DNA from: Octopus sinensis
Lineage: Eukaryota
Assembly (NCBI RefSeq): GCF_006345805.1
Contig: NC_042997.1
Coordinates: 97,836,001 to 97,900,000 of the forward strand
Length of the DNA stretch: 64,000 nucleotides
Direction: 5' to 3'
Part shown: positions 25,192 to 40,615 of the stretch, in pieces
Position numbering within the stretch: position 1 is the first letter of the stretch
Layout of the letters: each line of letters begins with the position of its first letter
Notes under the pieces: generated by a model
What the model was told of the DNA's origin: nothing
Database searches by the model: none
Seen by the model: only the letters and a program-made list of their open reading frames with translations
Position numbers and translations under genes: made by a program

Positions 25192-25671
25192 AATGTAACC
25201 CCTCATAACTTTTTTTACTTTTTGAAATTTTCCTAAAACTTTTATGAATTTGTGTTCTACACACGTGAATTCATTCAATTATGTAAAACACCATAATTTT
25301 TTTTGTGTGTGATTTAGGGGCGATTTAGTTGCTATTTTTAGCACATCTTACGACCATCTTATACCTTCCTCTTTTCTTTGTTACTCTGACATAAATTGAA
25401 GCTTTTCAATATTTTCTCCCCATAAGCATATTTAATGATCCATTTCTGGGATTTAAGCAAAATATTCGGGCTGTCCGTATTTTAAACTCCGACTAAAATA
25501 ATAAAAAAAAGAGTGGAAACTTCAGGATTTATGGAGATGGTGGTGGGTGGGGTTTAAAAAAAATTGAAAAACATTTTTTTCATAATCATATGAACTCCCG
25601 TTTGCAGAACAAAAATTCGCAAAAATTGTCTGAAAATCCCACCAAATAAAGAAGTTATGAGGGGTTATATT
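25192..25671. mobile_element. MITE-like element with 20-bp TIRs
   Basis: AATGTAACCCCTCATAACTT (25192-25211) and AAGTTATGAGGGGTTATATT (25652-25671), 19 of 20 complementary. Confidence 0.6.
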
Positions 25672-25752
25672 AAACAAGAATCCCGCCTAGAAGGGAACTT
25701 CTAGACTGACGAGCCATAGACCCAATCTGATAGTATTTTACCTATTATTGTA

Positions 25753-26160
25753 GGCGCAGGAGTGGCTGTGTGGTAAGTGGCTTGCTGGCCAACCACATGG
25801 TTCCGGGTTCAGTCCCACTGCGTGGCATCTTGGGCAAGTGTCTTCTGCTATAGCCCCGGGCCGACCAATGCCTAGTGAGTGGATTTAGTAGACGGAAACT
25901 GAAAGAAGCCTGTCGTATATATGTATATATATATATGTATGTGTGTGTATGTGTTTGTGTGTCTGTGTTTGTCCCCCTAGCATTGCTTGACAACCGATGC
26001 TGGTGTGTTTACGTCCCCGTCACTTAGCGGTTCGGCAAAAAGAGACCGATAGAATAAGTACTGGGCTTACAAAGAATAAGTCCCGGGGTCGATTTGCTCG
26101 ACTAAAGGCGGTGCTCCAGCATGACCGCAGTCAAATGACTGAAACAAGTAAAAGAAAGTA
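25753..26160 (+). mobile_element. SINE family B, full length, young-looking
   Basis: GGCGCAGGAGTGGCTGTGTGGTAAG...GGTTCAGTCCC...TTGGGCAAGTGTCTT...tail GGCGGTGCTCCAGCATGACCGCAGTCAAATGACTGAAACAAGTAAAAGAAAGTAAAAG. Confidence 0.9.
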
Positions 26161-26925
26161 AAAGAAATAAAAGAAAGACGAATGTAACTTTACTTTAAAA
26201 TAGCTGCGATTACTCAAAGCTGCACACTCATCTAAAGAAATATTGAATATTTCAGCTTCTCTTCAATTTAATTATTTCATCAATCAGTATTTTTTTTGCA
26301 AATCATTTTAACGATAAATCGTCGGCGTCAAATGAGAACTACGGTAAAACCAAACCATTATCTTTGACATAGAAGTCACTGCAGTAGGAAGCAGCGTTTC
26401 AAGGTCTCAATTTTTCCCCAGACTAGAGATCTGATCAAGACAATTGCATTAGAGTGAACTTAGCCAAAAGTTCAGCGCATTCGACGGAATTCTGGACAAC
26501 TTCCTCAAACCAGTTTCACTCACAAGACTTAGGTCGACCTAGGGTTAGCTATGGCAGGCGTTAATAGCCAATGATGCCCCTATAATGGGATCTAATCCAG
26601 ATCAATGTGATTTAACTCTGAACTCTTTTAGCTACACAGCCATCCCCGGGACCACGGATTCAACGGAATTCTAGGATAGGTTTTCCAGGTTACAGAATAA
26701 TTGTTTTCAAGAATCTTCCCCTGACCCAGACAAATTTATTTAGATTATTCATTGCCCTGCATGACAATTGCTCCTTGATAATTACTATCTGGAAATTGTA
26801 GGTTCACAATACGGTTCTGAGTGAAGTTGTCCTCCATAGGGGAATAATTCATTAGCAGTTGTCATGATATTGGCTTGGGTCTCCAGTGTTTTATTAATTT
26901 AATTCAATCCACTTTCTCTCTATCG

Positions 26926-27228
<303 letters not shown>

Positions 27229-27317
27229 CATACACACACGCATACACATATATACATATATAAGTATATACATGTATGCTTGTATATATATATATCTATA
27301 ACTATAATATCTCTCTT

Positions 27318-27420
<103 letters not shown>

Positions 27421-27803
27421 CCTGATCATGTGATCGATCAGACTGTCGGATATGGTTATACATCGCTGGTTACAATGCACTTTGCATGGTTTTAACTTTC
27501 GAATGAGACCCCACCCCCGTTAACTAGGCGAGCAGGCTAATTATTTTCGCTGATTGAAAGGCTATTCCGTCACAGGATTACCCATACACAGCTGAGGGGA
27601 CTGGAGAAACGTGAAATGAAGTGTTTTTACTCAAGAACACAACACACAACTGGTTTGAGAATCGAAACTACGGTCTCAAGATCGGGAGTGCAACACGCCT
27701 AATCACTAAACCTCACTTATACATACATACATACATACATACATACATACATACATACATACATACATACATACATACATACATGCATACATATACATAT
27801 ACA

Positions 27804-28155
27804 GGCGCAGGAGTGGCCGTGTGGTAAGTAGCTTGCTGGCCAACCACATGGTTCCGGGTTTAGTCCCACTGCGTGGCACCTAGGGCGAGTGTCTTCTACC
27901 ATAGCCTCGGGCAGACCAAAGCCTTGTGAGTGGATTTAGAAGACGGAAACTGAAAAGAAGCCCGTTGTATATGTGTATATATGTGTGTGTGTATGTCTTT
28001 GTGTGTCTGTGTTTGTCCCCCCAACATCGCTTAACAACCGATGGTGGTGTGTTTGCGTCCCCGTAACTTAGCGGTTCGGCAAAAGAGACCGATAGAATAA
28101 GTACCAGGCTTACAAAGAATAAGTCCTGGGGTCGATTTGCTCGACTTAAAGGCAA
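27804..28155 (+). mobile_element. SINE family B, lacking the terminal stem-loop
   Basis: Collinear with 25753-26110, ending at GACTTAAAGGC. Confidence 0.85.
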
Positions 28156-28958
28156 GTAAGAGTGTGTGCTTGTGTATAATGTTTGTATGTATGGACTGAC
28201 AGACGGACGGACGGACAGACGGACGGACGGACGGATGGATGAACGGATGCATAGATGGATGGATGGTTGTACTGAGCTATAATTGTTTACATTTTTCATA
28301 TTTTCTATCTGAACAGAGTGAAATTGCAGTATTTTATTGTTAAACACCTATTTGAGTCATTGGTAATAAAGTTAATGCGTTGAGATATCGAAGCTTTCAT
28401 AACAATATGACAAGAGCATGTCAAACTGATTGAAAGTGGTAAACACAAATCGGACATAAAACTAAATTCATAACGACGTGTAGCATAAATACATTTTCTT
28501 TCTTCATCTTGTGTTTATTCTCTCTCACACTCTACAAATCTCTGTCTATCTGTCAATCGGTCTGTCTCTGTCTCTCTGTGTCTCTCTGTCTCTCTCTGCC
28601 TCTGTCTTTTTCTCTCTCCTTCTTACTCCACATAACTCATATACGCATGCACATAATGGCCATAACAGATTACTGAATCCAATATTGAATACGTATAAGT
28701 GCATCTACAACTCAATACTCGCATTCATTCACACGTACACACATACACACAATCATACACACACACCCACACGCACACACGCGCGCAAGCACACATACAC
28801 ATGCACACACACACTCATGTATATATATGAATATATATATAGATATGTATCTATGTGTGTATATATATATATTTATGCACACACACATGCATACACACAT
28901 GTATATATATGTATGTATATATGCATATGTATGTATATATATATATATATACATACAT

Positions 28959-29008
<50 letters not shown>

Positions 29009-29100
29009 ATATATATATATATACATACATATGCATATATACATACATATATATACATATATATACATGTGTGTATGCATATATATATATATACATATAC

Positions 29101-29170
<70 letters not shown>

Positions 29171-29174
29171 TGTG

Positions 29175-29860
29175 TGAGGTTGAGTAAAAAGTAAGCAACG
29201 TTGTGAACCATGAAAATTTGTACCGGATTTTTTCAGAGTTTTGAATTTTCTTAAAACATTTTTTTTGTAATTGTCTGATAACAGAGATACAGACTTGCCC
29301 AAATGCATCAATAAATTAACATTGATATTTTTTTCACCGTTGTTACAATCATCTGAAATGGAACTATCAAAGCGCAATATTCGAGCAATTTTGCTACTGA
29401 ATTTTAAAAAAGGACATAAAGCAGCTGAAAATGCTCGCAATATCAACGAAACGTTTGGTGAGGAAATGACCAGTGAGTGATCAGCTCGAAAATAGTTTAA
29501 GCGATTTCGCAGGGGAGACCTGGGCCCTGAAGATCGCTAGCGTAGTGAACGCCCATCTGTCATCGATAACGGCCAAACATTGAGAAAGATTCGCGTAAGC
29601 TACCCGAGAACTGGCCAAAGAAGTTAGCCAGAAGGCTGCCTGCAACCATTTGCATGCGATCGGAAAATCAAAAATTCTCGACAATTGGGTAACACACGAT
29701 TTGAATGAAAATTAGAAAATGTCCAGATATGAACTATGTTCGCAACTTCTTCTTCGTAACCAACCGTATTGTAACTTGCGATGAAAAGTGGATTCTGCGC
29801 AATAATAAAAAAAAAAAGTTGTCGGACCAAAATGAAGCACTGAAAAACCTTCCCTAAATG
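29175..29860 (+). mobile_element. Degenerate mariner transposon (Hsmar1/cecropia-like), 5' part
   Basis: TIR-like GAGGTTGAGTAAAAAGTAAGC. ATG 29358 [34 protein letters not shown], later WVTHDL and IVTCDEKW, with stops and frameshifts. Confidence 0.85.
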
Positions 29861-30492
29861 CAGTCATAAGCGTAATTCTACAGGTCTTAGTAAACTAATT
29901 TGGCATCTTAAAGACTCTAATAAACAATTTTCTTTAAATTGGAAAATTTTATGACGATCATTTCCCTATGACAAAGGGAAATCATTCTGTCCTCTTTGTA
30001 CGTACGAACAACTATTTATACTCTTTTCTAAACATACACTGGTCAACATATATAACGAACGTATTTATAGGTGTTTACATTGGAAAATACACTTTCCAGC
30101 TATTTCAAATGATATCTACCCCTTACCTAATAATATCTGCAACTTAATGTTTATCCTGACTTCCCATACCTTCTATTCTTTCCTTCATCTTTTCTTTCCG
30201 CCTATCATTTATTCTCTATTTGCTTAAACCTCCATTTATCCTTTAATTTTATTCCGCTCTTTCTCTCTTCCTTCTCTTCTCTCGTCCTATAACACTAGAT
30301 TTCTTATCTGCAATTTTCAAATTATTAGCGTTATCTATACAACTTTGCTTTCCCTATATGTATGTATGTATGTGTGCATGCATCTATATGTATGTATATG
30401 TATATTTGTATGCATGCGTGCATGTGTGCATTTATATGCATGTGTATGAGTATACATACATAAGTTTATCTAAGTTTATATATATATATATG

Positions 30493-30559
<67 letters not shown>

Positions 30560-30560
30560 A

Positions 30561-31130
30561 TAAACTTAGATAAACTTAGATATGTTTCGACCAACGATTG
30601 GTCCAGGCCATGTCTAACTTAATAGCACCACCTGATAGGATTATTCGAATCCTGTTTAAGTCAAGTTTTGTTCAAGTAGTGAGTTCTTGTTGGGTGAGTT
30701 GTATCCAATTGTAGGTGGCTTATCTGATATTCTTTGAAGGAATCTATCCAGACTCTGTTTAAAGTTGATGGGATCCTTTTCCTCTTTGATCCTTTTCCTC
30801 TTTGATCCTCGGGACAATGTTAAATAGGGCAGGGCCTGTTGAGGAAAAGAAATTATGTTGCAGTGTACATGTATGTTGTGATCTTGAATTGGGCAGGGGA
30901 TGTATAGCCCGTGGTCCAAGTCTTGGATGAACCTTGAAGCTAATGTTTAGGTTGTTTGGGAAAAGTTGGCGGTATATTTTCCACATCGTACAAATGATGT
31001 ACCGCTCACGGCGACGCTGGAGGGAGTAAAGTTTCAAGGGTTTAAGGCGATCCCAATAATCGAGAGCAGCCATGCCTTCAATTTGTTTATATACGTCATA
31101 TATTGTAGTTTCTTACATCTGTTAAAATGT
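30561..31130 (-). mobile_element. CR1-like LINE 3' fragment with (ATCTAAGTTT)n tail
   Basis: LDYWDRLKPLKLYSLQRRRERYII...GPALFNIVP...FKQSLDRFLQRISDKP. Tail stem-loop 30584-30632. Confidence 0.85.
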
Positions 31131-31769
31131 CTTATTGATGCACACTGTTGTTTATACCAACCCTGATGAGATTGATTCCTTTTTCCACACTATTCATCCT
31201 TGCGGATTTATTTTAATGTATCCATCGAAATATATGTCGGTGATATGGTGATATAAATTATTTAAATAACACCTTGAGCGTTTCTATCTTTTTTCCATTA
31301 GTCTTATGTTCTCCAAAACACGTCTCGCTTCCCCCTGGAATTAACTCCCACGCAAGAGTGATCACTAATTCCCAGGGCGCTTATGTGACACCTGGCTACC
31401 TTGTAATTGTTTCCATAGTTTCCTCACTTGTTACGGCGTACGGTAGACGAGGCAAAGATGGGAACAATCACGCGTTGTCCAATCGTACGCACGGTTACAT
31501 ATTCCTGTTGCTGATGTACAGATGCACGTCGGCAGTCTCTAAGAAGTGTTCGTACTCAGACATGAGATCATTCCCGCATATATATATGCATTGTTATAGT
31601 TGTTGTCTGGTCGAACTCTACGGTTAGTCCAGTTCGTGTAGAGCTATTCCAGCTGTAACAATCCAATAACATTTTCATCAGACAGAGAATTTAATACTAG
31701 AATGCTGTTATTGTAATATTAGCTATTCTTTCTGGAGGTAAAACAAATGAGATAGTCAAGGCTGGAATA

Positions 31770-32003
31770 CCTATTTCTTTACTACCTACAAGGGGCTAAA
31801 TACAGAGGGGACTAACAAGGACAGACAAACGGATTAAGTCGATTACATCGATCCCAGAGCGTAACTGGTACTTAATTTATTGACCCAGAAAGAATGAAAG
31901 GCAAAGTCGACCTCGGCGGAATTTGAACTCAGAACGTAACGTCAGACGAAATATGGCTACGCATTTCGCCCGGCGTGCTAACGTTTCTGCCAGCTCGCTG
32001 CCT
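31770..32003 (-). mobile_element. Family-A SINE, full length
   Basis: Complete head to tail. The tail runs on into AAAGAAATAGGTATT. Confidence 0.85.
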
Positions 32004-32369
32004 GGAATACCTTTGATCATAGGCACTCTTGGTCAGGACCAAGCCAGACATGGCGCTAAACAACAACGTATAAACACAAATACACAAATACACGCACGCA
32101 CACACACATACACACTTACTCTCACACACACACCCACGCTCTCGCACGTATTATTGTATGATAGTTCTTCAGTTACATTCATAACTATCATAGCATCAAC
32201 AAACACATACAGCATTATATTGAATTGTATTTCTCTTTTGCCATTCAGGACGACCTAGATTTTGTTTCCTGCTGGGACGAAGTTGTGACATCATCCTGTT
32301 CATTATGCTCATATTGATCGATATACCGTCTTCCTGATTATCAACAAGATCATCATATCAAGACAATCA

Positions 32370-32577
32370 TCATGACGATCATTTCGATCATCATTAATAT
32401 CCTCCTCTTCCTCATCATCATCCTCATCATCATCCTCATCATCATTCTCATCATCATCATCATCAACATCATCAACATGACTACCATCATTACGATCATC
32501 AATACTGTCATCATCATCATCAGCATCGGATAATAATTATGGGCAAATTGACTGAAAGCAGTCGGTAATCTTTTTCT

Positions 32578-32611
<34 letters not shown>

Positions 32612-32620
32612 GTAATAGTA

Positions 32621-32656
<36 letters not shown>

Positions 32657-32659
32657 GTA

Positions 32660-32692
<33 letters not shown>

Positions 32693-32707
32693 ATAATAAT
32701 AATAGCA

Positions 32708-32769
<62 letters not shown>

Positions 32770-32858
32770 GAGGAGGAGGAGGAAGAGAAGAAAAACGAAG
32801 GAAAAAAGACGAAGAAGAAGAAGAAAGAAGAAGAAGAAGAAGAAGAAGAAGAAGAAAC
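32370..32858. repeat. Compound trinucleotide microsatellite (CAT)n-(AAT/AGT)n-(GAG)n-(GAA)n
   Basis: Direct reading. Confidence 0.95.
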
Positions 32859-34129
32859 TTTAAATGAATGTCATTTTCTTAAGAAGTAGGAAACAATATA
32901 AAGTAATGATAATAAAGAAACAAACCCAAACCTTTTGCAAGTATCTTGTCTTCTCTTTCCAATTATTTTCTTCGCTCCGTTTATTGATTACTATTAGACT
33001 TAAATAAAGAAGTAACCAGACAAACACTATGCTTGAGAACATAGGACGATGGATGGATCTGTAACAGCAGTTCGCGTTGGTGTAAAATAAAATAAAATAA
33101 GATAAAACAAAATAATAAGAATTATATATAAAAAAAAACCAAACAAACTCCAAAAGTCAATACAATTACTGTTTTCATTGTATAAGCAAACTGTAAGTGC
33201 CGACACATTGCTCTGGTTAATATAAGAAAAGTTTCGAAGTGAAATACTATTCTCTGTAAGCCTATTTACACTATCTGCTCTCGATTCTCTGTACTTTACG
33301 GAACTTGCTCTTTACTCTCCACTATCCACTCGCCACTCTCTCCTCGCTGCTCTTCACTTTCATTTCTTTAGCATTGTCTGGTTCATCTTCGCTTTCATGT
33401 TATATTGGATGTTGTTACAAACTTCGCTCACTAAAACCTGTGCATTAGTATATATTAAGCTGTTTTTTCTTTGTTTGTTTGCATGAGCCGATACATGTTG
33501 GTTATACCAGTTTTTCTTGTTCAAACATTTGGAGTTAAGTAACATCAGTATTAGCTGTTTCTACCAGCATTGCTAAATGCGTAATGTATACATTGACTGG
33601 CTTTATGGAAGTAACTGCAAAAGAAAAAAAATCTCTACAAAGATGTATACATTTCGTAATGTGCGACAGAAGAAGCAGTATTAGTTTAATATAATAAGTG
33701 TTCTTTAACGCTATATATCTGTGAGAGGTACTATCTCGAGACGAATACCGCAGTTATTTGGCTTTTCAACGATGTATCTGCTTTAATTATGATATACAGA
33801 TTGTTATGTATACATCTATTTTTTATATGTTCCTGCATTATCAGATCAGGAAAGCCATTCGCTGCGGCTCTTTCTGTCTCTCTCTCTGAGAATAAATGAG
33901 TTTACTCATCGCCACAGAGGCGAAATGCGCAAGATATCCATCTATTCGGTCATTGGTCGTAAAGTAGCAAATATTTCGATGTAGCATTTCTCATTGTTGT
34001 TGGGAATGATGCTTCGTACTTTTGTTTAATTAATCAGAGAAAGAGATGTAATGCCTATGGCCCTTACTGACATTTCCAGATAGGTAAAATTAATGTGGTT
34101 GTTGCTCAGAACTCTGGTAGATCGAAGGA

Positions 34130-34560
34130 ATTAATTCCAAAAGGTTTCAGATATTAAGAGAAATGATCAGGCAAAGTGCTTATTTAGTAGGACTGGTTCC
34201 GAGAAATGAGACATAACAAAGATATCCGGAGAAAAAGAATCGGTGCGTTGGGTGGGCTTGGGTGGAAGAATTATGCAGTTTGCTATTTCAGAGAAACAGG
34301 GGTTGTTGTGTTTGTGTTAGAAAGAGAAACTAGAAGAAATAGTGTATCTGTAAGGTAATGCTTGTAGCATGTTGGTGTGTCTTTGCTAATCAGTTGAACA
34401 GTCTTCTTTTGGATGGAGTCTAGGATGTATAGCAGCCGTGATATGCAATATTGTTATCGGAGTTTTACTTGAGCTTTGTAGAGTCAGAATTGACCAGGGA
34501 TTATGCATTTTCCAACCCTTAAGATAAATCTAAAATTTGAGATGCATATTTAGCAATATT
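34130..34560 (-). pseudogene. Degenerate LINE RT C-terminal fragment (CR1/L2 group)
   Basis: Minus strand LYKAQVK...LDSIQKKTVQLI...CFSEIAN resembles the YKAQIRP...LDRIQRRA pattern. A related piece lies at 44040-44235. Confidence 0.5.
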
Positions 34561-34578
34561 GTATTTGATGCTACTAGT

Positions 34579-34896
34579 GAGGGCGCGTGGCTTAGTGGTT
34601 AGGGCATTCGGCTCATGATCGTAAGGTTGTGAGTTCGATTCCCGGCGACGCGTTGTGTCCTTGAGCAAGACACTTTGTTTCACGTTGCTCCAGTCCACTC
34701 AGCTGGCAAAAATGAGTTGTACTTGTATTTCAAAGGGTCAGCCTTGTCACTCTCTGTATCACGCTGATTATCACCGAGAACTACGTTAAGGGTACACGTG
34801 TCTGTGGAATGCTCAGCCATTTGCACGTTAATTTCACGGGCAAGCTGTTCCGTTGATCGTATCAGCTGGGACCCTCGTCGTCGTAACCGGCGGAGT
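34579..34896 (+). mobile_element. SINE family C (tRNA head, CORE-like GTTGTGTCCTTGAGCAAGACACTT), full length
   Basis: GGCGCGTGGCTTAGTGGTTAG (A box), GAGTTCGATTCCC (B box), tail CGTCGTCGTAACCGGCGGAGT. Confidence 0.85.
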
Positions 34897-36781
34897 CTTT
34901 AAATTTGATGCTACTATGAGAATTTATAGAGCAAAAATATCTCTTTGACATGTATAAAGGTTTTATATTGGTATCGGTGAAGGAGGAATGATTGACTCGT
35001 CTCTCTGTTGGATGATGTTTTCGAAATTTCTTTCTATGGAAGCAGGCCATAGCTGATGAGGTGAGGATAAAGTTTGTGTATGTAATGTTAAAGAGAAATG
35101 AAATAGGGATATCATTTACATAAGAATGTTTATGGGAGTAAGAAGTGACAATAATTTGATAACGTGCAGATGGGGGAGAGTAGGGGACATACTCGACCAT
35201 TGTGTATAAAGGGAATTAAAGATTGGGTTTATTGAGTTATATATTATATATCTGTCCGTCATGGAGAGCGTTATGTTAATTACTGAGAACGAAAGCAATT
35301 TCAAGATCAGTTTGGGAGTTCATCTAATTATACTATGTCAGCAGTAATTATGTAGTTAAGTTTCTGGAAATATATTTAATATAGGGGTTCACTAAAAGCT
35401 AACTAGAAATCATTATACATCGCGGAAGAGCAATATTAATGAATTGGGAATATTATTTTAATTTGTTTTCGGCAAGTACGAAACAAAATTTCGGATATAT
35501 TTCAGCGTAATTACAACCTCATTAACGAAGTATCTCTGGAGTTACACTAACTGAAAAAAGTTAATGAATTAGATTTAATTGTTAATATTTTCAAGGGCGC
35601 TGTGTTAGCCGAAGCATTAGAGCGCCGGAAAAATACTTTGCGATAGTCTGAGTTCAATCTCGCCGCGGTCATCTTTGCCTGCCAGCTCTCTAGGGTCGAT
35701 AAAATAAGATACCAGTCAGGTACCGGGATCGATGGTATCGACTATCTCTTCTCCTCAAAATTTCGGACCCTCTACTTATGTTTGAAACAATTAATAATAA
35801 TTCCATATAGCTTTATAGACGACATTTTGCTATACTTCAATTGGTGTATCACAAATAAAGACCAGTTGAACACTATTAGATATATATAGCTTCATTTTAA
35901 GGCATGCTATTATAAAAATAGCGAATCAATCACTCAATGTCAGAACCCATTGATCGTACAGTCAGCGTTTCATATTTTTCACAGGTATTGTGTTGTATCC
36001 TTGGTGAAAGTACTTAATTATTAGTGTTTCAGTGCACTTTGCTACAAATATGTAACGATTTACCGCTATAATACACAAGCAACGGAAGCAGCACTTTGTA
36101 ATTGCATTGACCATTGTTTCGTTTGTCATGGCAATTACATATCCTTTTATAGTCCCGGTGAAAGCAATAGGAAACCTTTCCCATGGATGACTCACGAAAA
36201 TTATGCTTTTGAATATACTACCCAGTTAGCTAAAAGTAGATCACTCCTCAGAATTAGTATTTATATCTGATACATCATAATACTTATTGTTAAACATAGT
36301 ATTTAAGTAACAGCAATACTTACATGTAATTAGTTTATATATCGATGTAATCGAGTGGTTATTTCTTATAAATTTCGATCTCATAATAAATGAGACGTTT
36401 CTTTTAATATAAAAGTTGATAACATTGTCTTATCATCGATGTAGGTCCTCTTTACTTTTGCATTTCTTCTGGTAATTGTTATTCATTCAAATTTATCAAG
36501 CTGGATATTAGATGTGGGTTGGAATTATTAAGATTCATGACATTATTTTATAGACAATCAAACTGAAGCTGAAGATTTTCAACTTCTCAGACTTGTCATA
36601 ATTTAGGTAATCGTAAGATTTTGACAAAAAGTAATTGACACAAATAATCAACGAATTCCGATATACCATGGCAATTAAGTAATTGCAAAAGTTGTAGTAA
36701 CACTTAACATTACACATAAGCATTATGTTTGACTATTGAGTAATGTGCTAAGAAGTTCAATTATTATGATTAATGTTCAGA

Positions 36782-37333
36782 AGGCGGCGAGCTGATAGAA
36801 TTGTTACCGCGCCGGACGAAATAATTAGCGACATTTCTTTCGACTTTTCGTTCTGAGTTGTAAGCTTGTAGAATCGTTAGAGCGTCGGAAAAATGCTTTG
36901 TGAGATTTGTTTCGGTTCTTCATATTTTGAATTCAATTCTCAAAGAGGTTAACTTTACCCTTCATCCATTCGGGGCCGATAAAATAAAGGGTCGACAAAT
37001 AACTAAAATCGATGGCATCAACTTTTTTTCTTCAAAACCGCTGGTCTTGTGCTTAACTTTAGAAATCAATATATCATTGTACTTTCCTGGAAGAATGAAA
37101 GTAAAGATGAGCCGATACTCAGTACTTAAAGGAAAGCAACTAAATATTGCTTTCAAATTTTGGCACAAGGCCAGCAATTTCGGGGGAGGGATAGGTCGAT
37201 TAGATTGACTCCAATACTCAACTAGTACATATTTTATCGACTCCCGAGGAATTTGAGCACAGAACGTGAACACGGATGAATTGCCGCTAAGCATTTGCTC
37301 TGTGCGCTAATGATTTTGTCAGCTCGCCGCCTT
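36782..37333. mobile_element. Degenerate family-A SINE cluster (+,+,-)
   Basis: Heads AAGGCGGCGAGCTG at 36781 and its reverse complement at 37320-37333. Confidence 0.65.
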
Positions 37334-38610
37334 GAGGAAAGTCTCTAAATATTGCATGTCATTTTGTTCACTGTTCTATCCGACTCTACCATTTCACCAT
37401 CCTTATTCTATCTTACAATATGAACAAAATAAACGCTAGCGAGTGCTACATTATTACAAGTAGGATTTCAGTGATTGTAATCTGGTAAAGGTACGTAGCC
37501 TGGTGGTTAGAATGTTGCACTTCCGATCGTCAGATCGTGGGTACGATTCCTAGCGTGGGCAGCGTGTTGTGTTCTTCAGCGAAACACCTCATTTCACGTC
37601 GCTCTAGTGCTGTGTGGAGACCGGAACCTCACAGAATAGACCCACTGTTTCCTCTACGTGTCGTAAAAGTCGATTAAAAGAGGTTGAAGTAAGATTTGCA
37701 CTCCGACTTCGTAAAACCTTCACCAGTAACGGCAACTCAAACAGACCCATAGTTTGGAGGGTTGTCACCTGCGTAGTGCAGAAGCGTAATCTGTCAGGAG
37801 TAGATAGGAATCATCAGTAGATTGTGGATGCGGAGACTCTCTATTACAGCGCATGGTCCCATGCTGCTGCTACTGCTACTACGACTACTGTTACTACTAC
37901 TAATATAGTTCGATTGTCTATGGGGCCAATTTAATTTACCTGTAATAATAATAACCATTAAAGAAATTAGCATCTTGATTTTTCATTTCATATTTTACCC
38001 GTAAAATATAAAAATAATACGTATTATTTGAAGGAAGAAAGGGCGATATACAATGAACCCCCAATATATACACACACTTATTAAGATAGGAAAAATTTGA
38101 AATCTATTATATTTATTGCTATAAAGGAGTATCTATGATATTTACTCTTATTATGTATATCTATGGCTTTTACTAATACACGGCTTCTACGATACACTAC
38201 TTTTGCACGACAGTAAAATAGTTATTGAAAATCGTAGTTGTTGCCATTGTTGTTGGTAGTGGCTATCTCCAAGTCAGCAATGATCAAAGACCTATGATCA
38301 AAGATGTTTCAGTCGTGACAATCCTGCTTTTTTTTTCAGTTGTAGTGAATCTATTTTGTCTTAATACTTTTGATCACAGAGTTATTGAATCTTAGATGAC
38401 TTGGAGATAAATAACAACAGCGACAGGCTTCGCTGCGAAATGTCTTGCATTATTTAGATACTTTAATGTTTCGTTTTCAAATCCCATTGTGGTCGGCTTT
38501 ATCTTTCATCGATCTCTATCTACAAGAAAGAGTCGCCAACTCTCCCTCAAATCAATTTATACTGTGAATTGTACATTAAATAAGATAGACTTGATATACT
38601 ATGTTTGAAA

Positions 38611-38820
38611 AAGCGGCGAGGTGGCAGAATCGTTAGCATGTTGGGCAAAATACTTTGCGGCATTTCGCTCGTCTTTACGTTCCGAGTTCAAACGCCGCCG
38701 AGGTCGACTTTGCCTTTCATCCATTCGGCGTCAATAAAATAAGTGCCAGCTGGGTACTGGGATCGACGAAATCGACGAACCCCCTCCCGCCAAAATTTCA
38801 GGCCTTGTGTCTATAATAGA
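38611..38820 (+). mobile_element. Family-A SINE
   Basis: GCGGCGAGGTGGCAGAATCGTTAGC...GAGGTCGACTTTGCCTTTCATCC...CAGGCCTTGTG. Confidence 0.8.
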
Positions 38821-39749
38821 AAGAATATACCCAAAAACATGGCATGGTCAACGCTAGAATGCTTTTGATTGTTGGCCTGCTTAATCAGCACTGATCTGAG
38901 ACTAACCCTCGTCATCATCATCGCCATCATCATCATCATGATCAACAACAACAACCTTTTCTCAAAATGTGTAGCTATGTGCCAAAACGAAAAATCAATA
39001 ATAGACCAAAGTAAACAATGAAAGCTAATAAAAGCTAATATAAGATGTCCAACTCGATTTCTGGCCAAAACCTAATATTATCAAAGTTATCTTTGACTGT
39101 ATCTGATCAACTAGGGGAGATACTGATTCTGTTATAAACTCTGTCTCTATCGTTTTGATCGATTGTTTCGATAGATTTTTTTTGAGCTACTTTTGCAATA
39201 CGGACACTTAAATGTGGCGGCAACCTTAAAAGAATTCAACCTGGGAACATTAATACTTCTAATGATTCCTTTGGAATTAGTTCCTGCGATTTAATATTTT
39301 ATGTGACACTTTAAGGATTCTTGAAATAACTTATTGGAAGACATGGCTAAGACTAACAAATCAAAGGAGCCGATGAATTGATAGGCTTGCTGTTAATTAC
39401 GCCTCTTTTCGTTCTGAGGTCTAAAATCCCGCAGAGTTCGACTTTGCCTTTCATTCTTTAGGTGTTGATTATAAAATAAATGCTACTAACATATTAGCAA
39501 CGAATTAGTCATCTGTAACATGCCCTGGTCGTACGCTAACGTTAGATATTGATTATTATGTCAACTTTCATAAACCATTTAAATAGAATAAACACTGAGA
39601 AAAATACTGCAGGATATAAAATGTTTTATAGACAGAAAAGGCATATTTCATAAGATACGTAAGGAATATGTTGAGAATTAATAAGCTTTTCTTGTGAATT
39701 AGGAAGCAGTGAATCGATACAAAATAAAGACAGGCATACTAACAAAGGA

Positions 39750-40048
<299 letters not shown>

Positions 40049-40429
40049 GGGAGATAGAGAGAGAAAGTATGCAATAAAAGCAATCAGGAGACGTAACTTC
40101 TAAAACAGACAGATCAGTTGTAAATAATATGTGAAGGATCTTCAAAGTAAGTGTTTAATAGATTTGATATAAAAAATAAAATATAATCAAAAGCTAGGCA
40201 TTGTGCCAAAGTATAGACACGAGTAATTAAATAGGGGCTACGAATATGAAAGTAAATTCAGAAGCATTTGGCTGTACTTTGTCAAGTTGTTTGTTCTTAA
40301 CCGAGTCCAAAGATAAGAGATGACTGCATTGTTTACAGACTAAATTACAAAATTTTTATAAAGTACGAGTCAATAGATTGTACAGTTATCGAGAAACCTA
40401 AAAGCTAATGAACAAAGCGGTTAAATATG

Positions 40430-40615
40430 ATATTCATTCATTATTCCTTATAGTTGCTTCTATTAATACCCTCATTATACCATGTAATTTCATTAAATAT
40501 TTTCTTATAAGCAAATGATTGAGATACCTTGGATATAGGCTCTTTTCATTATTCCATTGATTACAACTCTAGGATGATTAGATTTACTGTGGATGTAGTG
40601 TAAAGTTTCTTTGGT
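40430..40615 (-). pseudogene. Penelope-like RT thumb fragment
   Basis: TKETLHYIHSKSNHPRVVINGIMKRAYIQGISIIC resembles the PLE T..YI...SNHP motif. Confidence 0.5.
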